From contig NC_091482.1 of assembly GCF_036971445.1 (NCBI RefSeq), positions 1,922,001 to 1,986,000 of the forward strand: 64,000 nucleotides of DNA, given 5' to 3'. Made by a program: the position numbers and the translations under genes. The stretch's first letter is position 1. Every line of letters starts with the position of its first letter. A model generated the notes under the pieces. It did not search any database. It was not told the origin of the DNA and saw only the letters and a list, made by a program, of their open reading frames with translations. This document shows, piece by piece, positions 37,605 through 51,157 of this stretch. This DNA is from Narcine bancroftii (Eukaryota).

Positions 37605-38056
37605 CAGCCATTCTCAAGAAGGGGGCTCTACAGACCCCCCCCCCCAACCCGGGGCCACAGCTCATTTAAATGCAAGCCTTGTTTTCTTTTCACCTCATTA
37701 ACATGAGTGGTACAGTTGGCATAGCAGTTAGCTCAAAGCTGTTCCAGCACCAGCGATCGGGACTGGGGTGCCAGTTTTCCCTTGGGATTTTCCCCAGGGG
37801 CTCCATTTTCCTCCAACTGTTCAAAACGTACCGAGGGTTGTGGGTCAACTGGGTGTAATTGGGCGGCATGGGCTCATGGGCGAAAAAAGGGCCTGTTACT
37901 GTGCTGTTTGATTAAATTTAAAAAAAGCTTTTTTATGTAGTCAGAAGAATCCAACTAAATTTGACTGCTTCAAAGGGAATAGGGCCCATAAACTCTCAGC
38001 AGAGCCGGGGGGTGGGTGTGGGGGGGGGGGATAGCCAAAAAGTTTGAAAATGGCTG
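37605..38056. mobile_element. hAT (Charlie-like) MITE with a nested V-SINE (~37705-37925)
   Basis: TIRs CAGCCATTCTCAA / TTGAAAATGGCTG; perfect 8-bp TSD CTTCAAAC at 37597-37604 and 38057-38064. Confidence 0.85.
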
Positions 38057-38978
38057 CTTCAAACATTGAATAGTTGCTATCCTCTCCTGTGAGTAATGGA
38101 GTGTGTCTTGGGAGTCTGGTCTTGGGCCCGTGAATGAAATGGGCTTGACCATTTACCAACTAAATGCATTAAAGCTGCAGATTCTGGTATCTGGATCAGA
38201 CCAGGCAGTGACTGGAAACATGGACTGGAGCAAAAGATTCTACAGATGCTGTGATCGTAGGAAAATCATAGGAATGGAGGAACTCACAGCACTCCCCTGC
38301 CCTTTCTGTTCTTCTTCCTTTTCATTCAGGTGCCTGCCTGCTTTTAACATATCTAGAAGGTGGCTCATATAATCTGGAGATTCTTTCCCTCCTACGAACG
38401 ATACTGGATCTGCTGAGATTCTGCGGCATTTCTGTGTTATTCTGAAGGGTGGTCTGACAACTATTTAACACACAGTTCTTTCAGTCAGCTCACTGCTTGT
38501 CTACGTTCAGGAGGTGTTGGTCTGGGAGACATCTGTTTTATCCATCTTTGGAAGGGTTTTGCTGATTAGGCTTTGGTCCAGTTTTTGCTTGAGGGCTTTG
38601 AGGAGCTTGCTGTCGGTCCCACTGCTCTGGGAAGTCCAGGGTAAAATACCCAATCCATTCCCTAGCACAGAGGATGGCAGGGCATTGAAAGATGATTCTG
38701 CAGGAAGTCAGTAGAATTCACTGTGGGACAACACGACGAACCGGGCATCGACATAATGAACCAGGCATTGACACAATGAGCCGGGCATCGACACAACTAA
38801 CTGGACATTGACACGACAAAATGGGCAAAACAAAAAACTAGGCATTGACAACTAACCCAGCCGGTACAGGCCACCACTAATGAACACACTGGGCAACACC
38901 GGGCGCCAGAACCCTCTGTTTTCCAGAACACTCGACCTCCTACCTGCCAGCAGCTCTCACTGCGCAGCCGCAGCGCCG

Positions 38979-38991
38979 GTTGCCGGGCGAC
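38979..38991. promoter_or_regulatory. RFX X-box in the putative TEKT1 promoter/first exon
   Basis: GTTGCCGGGCGAC; its reverse complement GTCGCCCGGCAAC fits GTNRCC-N-RGYAAC. Lies in a CpG-rich patch ~1.45 kb upstream of the TEKT1 ATG. Confidence 0.7.
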
Positions 38992-39059
38992 GCGTTTGTT
39001 GATGGGGTGGGTCTTGGCGCCGGCGCGAGGAAGGAAGCGGGAAGATCGGCGGGGGTAGG

Positions 39060-39740
39060 GGGGAAAAACGGGGAATGGTGGGTGGGGGGGGGGAACGGGG
39101 AATGGTGGATGGGTGGGGGGGGGAACGGGGAATGGTGGATGGGTGGGGGGGGGAACGGGGAATGGTGGATGGGTGGGGGGGGGGAACGGGGAATGGTGGA
39201 TGGGGGGGGGGAACGGGGAATGGTGGATGGGTGGGGGGGGGAACGGGGAATGGTGGATGGGTGGGGGGGGGAAACGGGGAATGGTGGATGGGTGGGGGGG
39301 GGAACGGGGAATGGTGGATGGGTGGGGGGGGGGAACGGGGAATGGTGGATGGGGGGGGGGGAACGGGGAATGGTGGATGGGTGGGGGGGGGAACGGGGAA
39401 TGGTGGATGGGTGGGGGGGGAAACGGGGAATGGTGGATGGGTGGGGGGGGGAAAACGGGGAATGGTGGATGGGTGGGGGGGGGAAAACGGGGAATGGTGG
39501 ATGGGTGGGGGGGGAAAACGGGGAATGGTGGATGGGTGGGGGGGGGGAAAACGGGGAATGGTGGATGGGTGGGGGGGGGGCCGGGGAATGGTGGATGGGT
39601 GGGGGGGGGGGCCGGGGAATGGTGGATGGGTGGGGGGGGCTGGGGAATGGTGGATGGGTAGGAGGGGGGACGGGGAATGGTGGATGGGTAGGGGGGGCGG
39701 GGAATGGTGGATGGGTAGGGTGACGGGTGGGTGGATGGGA
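39060..39740. repeat. G-rich ~29-31 bp minisatellite (GGGGAATGGTGGATGGGTGGGGGGGGGAAC)
   Basis: About 22 copies with variable G-run length. Confidence 0.97.
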
Positions 39741-40434
39741 GTTGTGGGGGGAAGTCATCCCCCCCCCCACTCTGGCTCGGTCCCCTTCCCCTGGCAGATC
39801 CCTGAGGGCAGGCCCGCCCCACCTCTAGCCCTCTCCCCCCCAAGGCTCCCCACCCCCATTCTTGGGCTCTCCCCCAACCCCACTACATCTCTGCCTCCCC
39901 CCCCCCCCCCCCCCCAATCCAGCCCATGTACCACCTCCACCCTGGAACTACCCTGAGGATTCCATGACCTGCCACACCTTCCAGGCCACAGTTCTCCTCT
40001 GCAGCTGCTCTCTGACTAGAAACCTCTGAACCCTCACACAATCTGGCCATTCAGCCCAATATATCTGTGCTGGTGTTTATGCACCCCTCTCCCTCCAATC
40101 AATCCTCTCTTAATGTGCAGCAGAACCACTCCAGAACCACTCCAGAACCATCCCTGGCTCCCCACGAAGGATAACAGCCCCACTCCTATCCCTCATCTTC
40201 ATCTCTCCTCTCTGCTGATCCCGAGCTCCTATTCCCTGGAACTCTTCCTCCCCCACTGCACATCCATGGGGCGCAGCTATTGCCACCAGCTCCAATAAAC
40301 AGGTTTTTTGTGGTCCTGTGCAGAAGCTGGGTTGACAAAGTGCTGAGTAAATTCCCACCTCAGGTGGGAAGTCACAGTTACCAGGAGAGGCTGCTAATGG
40401 GGGGGTGGTGAAACTCTTGTTGCAGCAGCTGTGA

Positions 40435-40653
<219 letters not shown>

Positions 40654-40904
40654 TGACCCCAGGCCCCTTGAAGTAGCGCGTGGGCCCTCCACCATAACAT
40701 GTCGCCAACTTGAACAGCACAGAAACAGGCTCCTTGAGATGCTTATATGCTGGTCCTATTTATTCTCATTAGGCTCGTTTTCCCAGTGCACCTTTCATGT
40801 CCATATAACTGTCCAAACACATTTTAAACATTGCAGTTATATGCCCATGAATTATATATCATGTTGGCCACACCAAGACTAGTGTGTGCAAGAAGTAAAA
40901 CACG

Positions 40905-41470
40905 GACGTCTGCAGACACCGTGGTTGGAGTAAAAACATGATGCTGGAGGAACTCAGCAGGTCAAACTATGTCCTTTATGTGGCAAAAGCAAAGATACAG
41001 AACCAACATTTCAGACTTGAGCCCTTTGTCAAAGTACGGGCAAAATGTTGATAGCCTTCTGAACAAAATGGTGGGGGGGGGGGGGGAGGAGGAGCACAGT
41101 CCCACAGGGAGGAGGTAATAGGTGGATAAGGGAGGGAGGACAGCAACAAGCTGGGAGGACTCTGAATGGAGAGGGAAAGGGGTAGAGAGCTGGAGGAAGA
41201 GAGAGAGAAGGATGGGAAGGGAGGGAGAACGGGGAGTGGGCCAGCAGGAACGGGAGAAGTCAATGTTAAATCCCGTCTGCTTGAAGAGTGTGCAGACGGA
41301 AAATCAAGTGTTGCTCCTCCAATTTATGGGTGGTCTTGGTGGAATAGCACACGGCATTCGAGTATGGGAGTGGGGCGCAGAATTGAACTGATGCAGGCAA
41401 AGAGAAGGTGCTCAGTGAAACAATCTCCCAGTCTGCGCCGGTCTCTCTGATGGAGAGAAGGCCATGAAGG
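40905..41470 (-). mobile_element. Penelope-like element 3' fragment with terminal repeat
   Basis: Reverse strand: KLEEQHLIFRLHTLQADGI, a pyrimidine-rich tract, then TTGACAAAGGGCTCAAGTCTGAAATGTTGG...GACCTGCTGAGTTCCTCCAGCA. Confidence 0.7.
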
Positions 41471-42119
41471 TGTAAACAGAGAAGCTGGAGTGACTCAGCA
41501 GATCAGGCAGCATCCATAGAGAGGAATGGCCATTTAAGAGACTGTTAGACAAGCACATGGATGGGTGGAAGGAAAATGGAAGGTTATGGGGTAGTCTTTT
41601 TAATGGTGGGAATATTCTGTCATTCAGCACAACATTGAGGGCCACTGTTCTATGTAATTCTCTGAAGGGGGAGGAGCAGAGGCTAACAGGTAAAAGGTTC
41701 TTCCACGTTCCTGACAAAAGGGCCGGGCCTGAAACGGCGACTGCCTTTTACTTCCTCTGGATGCTGCTTGACCTGCACTTTTGGGTACTGCACATAAACT
41801 TGGACTTGAGCCGTACTTTCAGTTCCCAAGGCCCAAAGCTCTGGGATGCCTTTCCCAAATTCCTTCACCTCTCTCCGTTTTAAAGACTCCCTAAAGCTTA
41901 TCTCTTTTACCTGATGTAGTTTCCCAATGTTGCTCGGGTGTCACTCCTGTGAAACATCTCAGGATGTTACGTGAGGCCAGAACAATGGGACGTAGCCTCA
42001 AGATCCAGGGGAGTAGACTTAGGACGGAGATGAGGAGGAACGGCTTTTCCCAGAGGGTGGGGAATCTGTGGAATTCGCTGCCCATAGAAGCAGTGGAGGC
42101 GACCTCAGTAAATACATTT

Positions 42120-42880
42120 CAAGATTTGTTATTGTCATGTAATAAAAACAGTACAATATTACACGGAATTTGCTTTAGTCTGCCGTAAACCAGATAGATT
42201 CACCATCGGCAGAAATTACAGTCAGAGAAAGAGAAGCAAAAGATCCCTCCTCCCAGAGTCATCGAGTGTCCGTGGATTCGGCTCTAGCGCTCCCGCAGCC
42301 ACATAAAGTTCAGTCCAAACCATCGGCAGACCGAACTCCAGATCTGAACTTCTGACACGATCGGGAAGTTCTCGGCACCCTCTCACTTATCCAGCTCCGA
42401 TACCTGGTAGCCCCTTCCACCAGCCTTGAGCCAGTCTCCAGCGGTCTGCCGCCTGTTGTGAACCCCTCGACTGCAGTCGCCAAGAGCACGCCACCCGTGC
42501 GTTTCTTCAGTCACAGAGTTCCTCATTGGCCCGCCACCATGGCCACCATCCCATGGATCATCTCCTCTGCTTCTCCTCAAACGGAGGGTGGGGGGGTGGT
42601 GGTATCTCTGTTTTCTGGTGCCCTGTGCCACTCCTCTGCTTCCCCGGTATCTGTAACTCCTCGTGGCTGCTGCCAAAGGCATCGCCATCTTGGGTGCAGA
42701 TCCCGTGGTCGCAGTATTTTTTTAATGAAACCGTCGGCTCCAATAACAGGCTGTTTAAAGCCTGTACAGAACCGATGCCAGACAGACTGGGCAAGAGGAC
42801 CATATCTCCATTCCTTGCTCTCCCAGAGTCCAACACCAGTGACAGCACTGCTGTTACAGTCGCTCTGCTAGTGCCGACGT
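42120..42880 (-). mobile_element. Non-autonomous retroposon with a Rex1-like 3' tail, inserted in a CR1 copy
   Basis: Splits a CR1 fragment (41965-42120 resumes at ~42880). Related copies at ~15440-15715 and ~61745-62210. Tail ATTACATGACAATAACAAATCTTGAA. Confidence 0.6.
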
Positions 42881-43086
42881 ATTTAAAACAAGGTTGGATA
42901 GATTTTTACATAGTTGGGGAATTAAGGGATATGGGGAAAAGGCAGGTGGGTGGAGGTGAGCCCATCATCAGATCAGCCGTGATCACATTGAATGGGGGAG
43001 CAGGGCTCGACGGGCCGGATGGCTGCCTCCTGCTCCTATTTCTTATGATGATGAAGGCACTTTATAACTGCAGGCTGTTGTTGTAG

Positions 43087-43252
43087 ACCAGAGGATTGAG
43101 GAAGTCACCTTCTGGGAGAGGGAGCTCAACACCAAGTTGGACGAGCTGTCTGATGAGACAGAGCTGCTGCTGGGCCAGAAGAAACGCTCGGAGAAAGCTC
43201 TGGACAGCTGCTCCGCCCCTCTCTGCATCATCCAGCAGTGCCTCCTGAATCG
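43087..43252 (+). CDS. TEKT1: Tektin-1 coding exon 2
   Basis: (D)QRIEEVTFWERELNTKLDELSDETELLLGQKKRSEKALDSCSAPLCIIQQCLLNR. TTGTAG| ... CG|GTACGG; 166 nt. Confidence 0.95.
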
Positions 43253-43499
43253 GTACGGGCCAGTCGGCAGTTGGTCTACCACTCCCAGGGTTTGTACACC
43301 CCGAACGGGACGGAGAGTGAGCCGGTTCCCGCAATGCTGAGCTGGTCCATAGGTTGCCAGCCACTACAAGCTAGGATGGGTTTAGAGGGATGTGGGCCAA
43401 ATGCAGCCAGCTGGGGTCAAAAGCCCGGTACCTACATTTCATCTCGGAACCTGTTCATAGACACTCAGGCAGAGGGACTTTGTGCAAAATCCTGCGTCA

Positions 43500-44030
43500 A
43501 AGTTGGATGTGATGGTAAAGTTGTACAAGATGTTGGTGAGGCCAAATTTGGAGTTTAATGTGCAGCTCTGGTCACCAAACTACAGGAATGATCATTAAAA
43601 TAGAAAGAGGGCAGGGAAGATTAACTAGGATGTTGCCCAGACTTCAGGAACTGAGTTACAGGGAAGGGTTAAACAGGTTAGGACTTTATTCCCTGGAGCT
43701 TAGAAGAATGAGGGGAGATTTGATCAAGGTATTTAAAATTATGAGGGGGACAGACAGAGTAAATGTAGGATGGCTTTTTCCACTGAGGGGAGGTGAGATA
43801 CAAACAGAGGACATGGGTTAAGAGTGAAAGTGGAAAAATTTAAGGGGAACTTCTTCACACAGAGAGTGGTGGGGGTGTGGAACGAGCTGCCAGCTGAAGT
43901 GGTGAATGCGGGCCCAAATTTAATTTTTGAGGAATTTAGAGAGGTACATGGTTGGGAGGGGTATGGAGGTCAGTGAAACTCGGCAGAAAAATGGTTTGGC
44001 ACAGACTAGACGGACCTGTTTTTGTGATTA
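43500..44030 (+). mobile_element. CR1-clade LINE 3' fragment
   Basis: IERGQGRLTRMLPRLQELSYREGLNRLGLYSLELRRMRGDLIKVFKIMRG. Confidence 0.85.
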
Positions 44031-44496
44031 AATGTTTTCTAAACTGGGAACTTGCTATAAAAGGCTACACTGGGTGGGAGAGGCATTTTTACTGGTCTCT
44101 GAGGTGGCACATAGCAACAGTGGCCCAGCCCTGTGAGCCTTCTTCCAGTGACCACCTCCTGGGGATGGCTGCAGCAAGGCATCGTTATAGGAGACCAGGC
44201 CCTTGACAGGGTAATCACGAGCAAAGTCTGTTTGGACAGACCTGGATGCTGGCTGGCCTTCATCCCACTGCTTCAGTGCTAACTATATGTCCATCTCCCA
44301 TGGATGGTGATAGCTCAGGGCAAGGGTGGGTGGGGCGATATCCTGGGTCAGGGCAGTCGAGATGGTTTCCTGGAGCAGGGGTGAGGGGCTTGGGTGGGTG
44401 GGTGATATCCCAGGTTGGACCGGGTGCAGTCGGGGGGGGGGGGGGGTTCCATCCCTCTTTCCCAGTGAGCTGTGCGCCTTGCTGGCTGTGTTGCAG

Positions 44497-44625
44497 AGAA
44501 AAGCGAGTGGCCATCGATCTGGTCCACGATGAGGTAGAGCAGGAGCTGCTGAAGGAGCAGGAGGTGTTGGAGGGCGTCATCGTGCTGCTGAAACGCACCC
44601 TGGAACAGACTGATGAGCAGATCAG
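44497..44625 (+). CDS. TEKT1: Tektin-1 coding exon 3
   Basis: EKRVAIDLVHDEVEQELLKEQEVLEGVIVLLKRTLEQTDEQIR. TTGCAG| ... AG|GTGGGT. Confidence 0.96.
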
Positions 44626-45204
44626 GTGGGTAAGGGGCACACCTTCCTCCAGGGAGCCGAGCAAACACCTCCCTTCATAACATCCACAGGTCCCACACTC
44701 TCCTTTCACTTCCAGTGCTGAGGGGGGCCCTGTGCCATGGGAGGGGCAGTGAGGGAGCCCCGCACCATGGGTGGGGCAGTAAGATATGGGAGCAGAAGTA
44801 GGCCTTTCGGCCCACCGAGTCCATCCCACCATTTCATAATGAGGTGATCCATTCTCCCATTGAGCCCCACTCCTCTGCCTTTCCCCATAACCTTTGATAC
44901 CCTGATGTTTCCGATATCTGGCTGTCCCAATGGACTGTTTTATTGTCCACCCCTGCTGGTGAACAGTGCATGCTCCAGTGGAAAGCAGTGGATGGGAGGA
45001 GGGGCATTTTGGGCTGACGTTTAACCCTTAAACAACAGCAGCTAAACAGATCAGCTAGTTGTTATCAACTTGCTGATTTTAAGACAGATATAAAGTGGTT
45101 CCATGGTCAGTGAGGTGCTTTGGGGTGTCCTGACATTGTGGCGGGAACAGTGAGACACAAGTGTCTTAATACTGAACCTCACCTTTTGTCTGCTTCCACT
45201 CCAG

Positions 45205-45348
45205 GTTAAATCGTACAGCTAAATTTTATTTGGAGAAGGATTTGCAGGACAAGTCCGCAGCTCTGAAAGTGGACAAATTCACTGCAAATCTCACCAACAA
45301 CTCTCCAAACATTGACTACAGCCCCAACGTCGTCAGGATGGAGGGGCA
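45205..45348 (+). CDS. TEKT1: Tektin-1 coding exon 4
   Basis: LNRTAKFYLEKDLQDKSAALKVDKFTANLTNNSPNIDYSPNVVRMEG. CTCCAG| ... CA|GTAAGT. Confidence 0.95.
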
Positions 45349-45599
45349 GTAAGTTTGAATGTAGGAGCTGTGAACATGCCTGTGTCATACTGGATGAAGG
45401 TTGGAGATGCATGCAGTAGCATTATAGAAATGAAACAGTTTTGTCCTGCGTCCTGGAGCCAGTGTGTTTGGGGAAGTGGGAGTTAGATGGAATGGGATGG
45501 AAAGTATTTCTGTAAAATGCAGCAGCTGGGGGTGGGGGGTGGGATTCGGCAGTGGTTGCACTGCTTGTTGAAGATGACTGAGAAACTGGCTGCATGTAA

Positions 45600-46760
45600 G
45601 ACACACTAAGTGAATCACAAAAGTCTGCAGAAACTGTGATTGTGGTAAACACACAGAAATGCTGGAGGACCTCGGCCACTTCTCGCAGCGTCCACAGGAG
45701 ACCAAGATAAAATGCCAACATTTCGGGCCTGAGTCCTTCAAGGAATAAGAATAAGAAAAAGCAGGAGTTTTCAGAATAGAGAGTGCTGGCTGGGAGGAAT
45801 CCAGACCAACAACAGGTGTCAATTGGATATGATAAGGGCAGAGGTGAGAATTGATTATGTTTGTGTTAAAGGAGACAGGGAAAATGGAGAGAAACTAGGG
45901 AAAGAAGTGAGGGGGGGGGGGGAAGGGTGGGTTTAATGAAACCCAGATAAGCTGATGTGAATGCCATCAGATTGAAGAATGCCTCGTTGGAAGATGAGGA
46001 GTTGTTTCTCCAATTTCCGGGTGGTCTCAGTCTAGCAGTGCATGAGACCATGGACAGACATGTCAGCAAGGGAATGGGATGGAGATTGAAATGGGAGGCC
46101 ACTAGGAGATCCACACTATTGTGGCAGACAGAACCTAGGATGTCCCAGTCTGCATCCAATCTCTCCGATGCAGAGACCACATGGTGAGCAGCAGATGGAG
46201 TGGACGACCACTGCAGATTCACATGTGAAGTTTTTCATTCAATGGGAAGGACTGTTTGGGGCCCCGAATGGTGCTGAAGGAGGAGGTGTGGGCTCAAGTG
46301 GAGGATCTCCTGTTGTTACAGGGGCCGGTCCCAAGGGGATTACTTGTGGGGAGAGAAATGGACAAGGGAGTTGATGACAGAGTGATCCCTGCAGAAGGCA
46401 GAGAGGGGAATATGTATCTAGTAATGGGATCACATAATAGGTGGCAGAAATGGCAAAGGAAAATGTGTTAGACACGGAGGCTGGAGGGGCAGTAGGCGAA
46501 GACAAGGGGAATTCTTTTCCTGTTGTGCGTAGGGATGGAGAGGGCCAGGGCAGATGTGTGGGTAATGACATGCAAGACCTCATCCTGGGTGCAGATGCGA
46601 TGGAGATGGGAGAATTTGAGAGGATGGAATGGAATCTTTACAGGGGACAGGGTGGGGGGAAAGAGGTGTAGTTGGGGTAGCTGTGGGAGTTGGTGGGTTT
46701 GTAGAAGATGCCTGTCGAGTGTTTGTCTCCCGAGATGGAAAGAGAGGATCAAGGAAAGGG
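45600..46760 (-). mobile_element. Penelope-like element (RT C-terminus, GIY-YIG region, terminal repeat), decayed
   Basis: Reverse strand: DIFYKPTNSHSY...CKDSIP, GAPNSPS (QGPKQSF-like), SHFN.H, then GAAGGACTCAGGCCCGAAATGTTGG. Confidence 0.8.
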
Positions 46761-47564
46761 AGAGTTGCTGGAAATGGAAGACAGACTGTTCCATTGCCTG
46801 AGGAGTTGTGAATGGAATTGAATAGTGTGCAGACACCAGTGAATGCTCCACTGCTGACCTTCTGAAGTAGATGAAGATGGTTGGTCCCAGGACACCACCA
46901 TGCGAAACCCCTGGAGCACTGACCAGGACCTCCAACCTTCCCTTGCATAAAGTCTGACCCCACCCAACCACTGGAGGGTCTCTTCCCCCCACCCCCGATG
47001 CCCAATGTCCAGAGCTCTCTGACACTGCACTTGGTCAAACACTGCCATCTTTGGGGTTTGGACCCAGATTGTGATGAGCTCTGGAATTGCGAGGACCCGC
47101 TGAAACCCATACTGGGGACCAGTGAGCAGGTTCTCTTTGATAATTGGCCAGATCACCCTCCACCCTTCTGTTCAACCTCTCCCTGCAAGGTTGGTGGTTG
47201 AGAGTGGACTTTCACTGGATTCCTGCTTGTGGTGAACAGGACCTTTCTGGGCAATGTGTCAGTGTTGAGTAGACATTAGTGTGGTAACTGGCCAGCAACA
47301 GCTGGCGAGAGATGTCATCAGGTCCAGAGGACAGGTCTTCTGTACTATAGCTGGGACGTTGTCCAGCTCCAGCCAGAGCTACATTCAGCACTCTCAACCA
47401 TTCCATCTCCAAGGTAACAGCCTCAAAGACTGAATGGCCTTCCTAGATTCAAGGGGCTATAACAGACTAGAGGGGCTGAATGGCCTCATGTTGTTCTTTT
47501 GTAACAGACTGGAATGGCTGAACAGCCTCAGCAATAATCTGGTGCTGTACTTCATGTTTTCAAG

Positions 47565-47787
47565 CTCTGTCGCCCCAAAGGAGTGGCAAGATTTCACCAA
47601 CACCAACATCGTGAATGCAGGCAAGCAGAAAAACAACTCCATGGCGATGCGCTCGCTGATCGATGGCATCTTGTCGCAAACCACGGACGATATGCTGAAG
47701 CAAGTTCAGCGTGTGAACCAATCATTCCAGTTTCACATCAAGGAAACAAAAGATGCAAAATCCAGGCTGGAACAGCAGCTTAGCAAG
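47565..47787 (+). CDS. TEKT1: Tektin-1 coding exon 5
   Basis: SVAPKEWQDFTNTNIVNAGKQKNNSMAMRSLIDGILSQTTDDMLKQVQRVNQSFQFHIKETKDAKSRLEQQLSK. TTTTCAAG| ... AAG|GTCGGG; 223 nt. Confidence 0.95.
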
Positions 47788-48622
47788 GTCGGGACACCTG
47801 ATGGCGTGTTCGCTGGCCGCCCCTTCCCTATGACTACCACCTCAGCGTCTGAACCCATTCTCGCCTCAATCTCTCAGGATCTGAGACCCATGGGTGGATT
47901 TTGCCTTGTTAAGCCCATACAACCTGTACAGGGTGGTGTCAGCTTGGATGAGGGTGGCCTTTGGTCTGTGGACATCCCCTAATGGTGCCTGCAAAACCAT
48001 TGGATGGAAAAATTCCAGTGATGCATTAATGTCCAAGAAGACTCAGGAGGTTGTGGTGGGGACTGGAGTGGTTGAACCACTAGAAGAGACAAGGGGTTTC
48101 TCTGAGAGTGACCGTACAGAGATTTATAAGAGCATAGATTAGGTGATTCCCCAGGTTAGGGAAATCTAAAACTAGAGGGTACAGGTTTAAGGTGAGCATG
48201 TAAGATTTAAAGGGAAGTAAAACACAAAAATCTTCAGACACCATGATTGAAGTTAAAAACACGATGCTGAAGAAACTCAGCAGGTCAAACGGTGTTCTTT
48301 ATGCACCAAAGATAAAGATACATAACCAACATTTCGCCTTTCATCAAGGGACGAGCAAAATGTAGGCAGGCGCCCAAACAACATGGTGGGGGGGGGGGAG
48401 GAGACAGTCCCACAAGGAGGAGGTAATAGGTGGATAAGGGAGGGAGGGCAGAGCAGCAATCGAGGAGGAGTATGGAGAGCTGGAGGAAAGGAGACAGCTA
48501 GAGAGTGCCCCGCAGAGGGTGGTGGGTGTGTGAATAAGCTGCCATAGGAAGGGGGAGAGGCGGAGATAATTACAATGTTTAAAAAGGCATTTGGACAGGT
48601 CCATGGATAGGAAGGTTTAGAG

Positions 48623-48925
48623 CAGCCATTCTCAACAGGGGCCCTATGGCCCCTCCAGGGACCATAGCATATTTAAGTAAAAGCCTAATTTTCACCTTAA
48701 TTTCAACTCACATAACATAAATATTTTATATAGTCGGTAGGAAAGAGGAAGAAACCAAAACTTGATCGCTTCACAGGGAAGGGGGCCCATAAACTTTAGA
48801 AATTCTGCCTGGCCTGCAGGGAAAAAATCTCAGGGTTGTATATGATGTAATATATGTACTCTGATAATAAATCAGAACTTTGAACTTTAGGGGGACCATA
48901 GCCAAAAACAGGTTGAAAATGGTTG
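48623..48925. mobile_element. hAT (Charlie-like) MITE, same family as 37605-38056
   Basis: TIRs CAGCCATTCTCAAC / GTTGAAAATGGTTG; 8-bp TSD GTTTAGAG / ATTTAGAG; inserted in a CR1 3' end. Confidence 0.8.
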
Positions 48926-49188
48926 ATTTAGAGGGATGTGGGTTCAAGGCAGGTAAATGGGAGGTCAATAGAGATGTTGGTCAGCATGGATGTGGGGCCA
49001 AAAGGCCTGTTTCATGCTCAATTCCAGAGAAAAGTAAGCCACTGTTGACCTTCATGAGATTCCAGAGCCACCATTATGAGGAATGGGTGAACTTCACCCC
49101 CAGGGTAGGGCAGCCCAGGATGGATAGTCACATAGCCTAGCCACACCTCATCTAATTAACGGGCAGGAAACGTGGCCATCACTGCTAG

Positions 49189-49428
<240 letters not shown>

Positions 49429-49629
49429 TGAGTTACCAAGCCGGAGTGGGATTGGTTAAATGGATATCCCCCATTACCCTCACAAACCCCTGAGCACACT
49501 GCAGAAGCATCAGTGATGTGTGAAGGCCACAGCCTGAAGATCATCAGAAATATTTAAGGGGTGATATCTGAGAGATTGAGGAACATTTGGAAGTGGTCCT
49601 ATTGAACAGCCAAATGGCCTCCTCCAATG

Positions 49630-50212
49630 AACCATAGAACATTACAGCACAGAAATAGGCCCCTTCTGCCCTTCTAGTCTGTGCTGAGCCATTTTTCTGC
49701 CGTCCAATTGATCTGCACCCAGTCCATAGCCCTCCGTACCCCTCCCATCCAAGTACCTGTCCAAATTCTTCTTAAATTTAAAACTGAACCTGCATTCACC
49801 ACTTCTGCTGGCAGCTCAGTCAACACTCCCACCACTCTCTGTGTGAAGGAGTTCCCCATCATGTCCCCCTTAAATTTTTCCCCTTTCACTCTTAACCCAT
49901 GTCCTACCCTCAGTGGGAAAAGCTGACCTACATTTACTCATCTCCCCTCGTTCTTCAGGGAGTAAAGTCCTAACCTGTTTATAACCTTTCCCTATAACTC
50001 AGTTCCTGAAGTCCGGGCAACATCCCAGTAAATCATCTCTGCCCTCTTTCTAACTTATTGATATCTTTCTTGTAGTTTGGTGACCAAAACTGCACACAAT
50101 ACTCCAAGCTTGACCTCACCAATGTCTTATACAACTTTACCATAGCATCCCAGCTCCTATACTCAGTACTTTGATTTATGGAGGCCAATATGCCAAAAGC
50201 TCTCTTTACAAC
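49630..50212 (-). mobile_element. CR1-clade LINE 3' fragment
   Basis: Same family as 21380-22415. Confidence 0.85.
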
Positions 50213-50640
50213 TGACAGTTCTTATCATATCCAGGGAGGCGGCCATCAGCCCCTTGTACACAAGCCAACTATTTGAAAGGGCTATCCACAAATCCAACAG
50301 CCCGATCACATTCTTCTGGCTTGCTGGGATAGTGTGGAGGGAGGTTTAGAGTCTCACAGGCCCTCCAGAGAACCATACCAACTGTCGAGCACCCACCTGC
50401 CCGTCCCATTTACTAGCTCGTGGTCCCTGGCCTTGGCAATTCATTCCTGTGCTTGTAATGTCCTTGGAAGTATGCTGAATCTTTCTGTTCCTTGTGGCCC
50501 GGGTCTGCACCAACCATACCTAATATCCTGCCTGTCAGTGTTCCTTGTTCTCATTTCCAGACATCTCACTAATTGCAGCTTCCCATTCTCAATAATTAAT
50601 GTCACCAGAGCTCCTACATCCATTTCCAGATTGTGGATAG

Positions 50641-51012
<372 letters not shown>

Positions 51013-51151
51013 GTGAGAGCTGAGTGACTGGTGGGTATGGGACCAAGAAAGCCTCACAGTGGTGACTGGGTCACCTGATTTATCCCAGATTCCTAATCCC
51101 ATATGACTGAACCTCTATGTGGCTCTCAACATTATCCACAACTTATTAACC

Positions 51152-51157
51152 AATAAA
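51152..51157 (+). terminator. Putative TEKT1 polyadenylation signal AATAAA
   Basis: 140 nt after the stop, with T/GT-rich sequence downstream. Confidence 0.65.

Noticed and set aside
38797-39956. Long Pro-rich and Gly/Trp-rich ORFs (182-348 aa) on both strands
   Set aside because: Translations of the G-rich minisatellite, which lacks stop codons in several frames.
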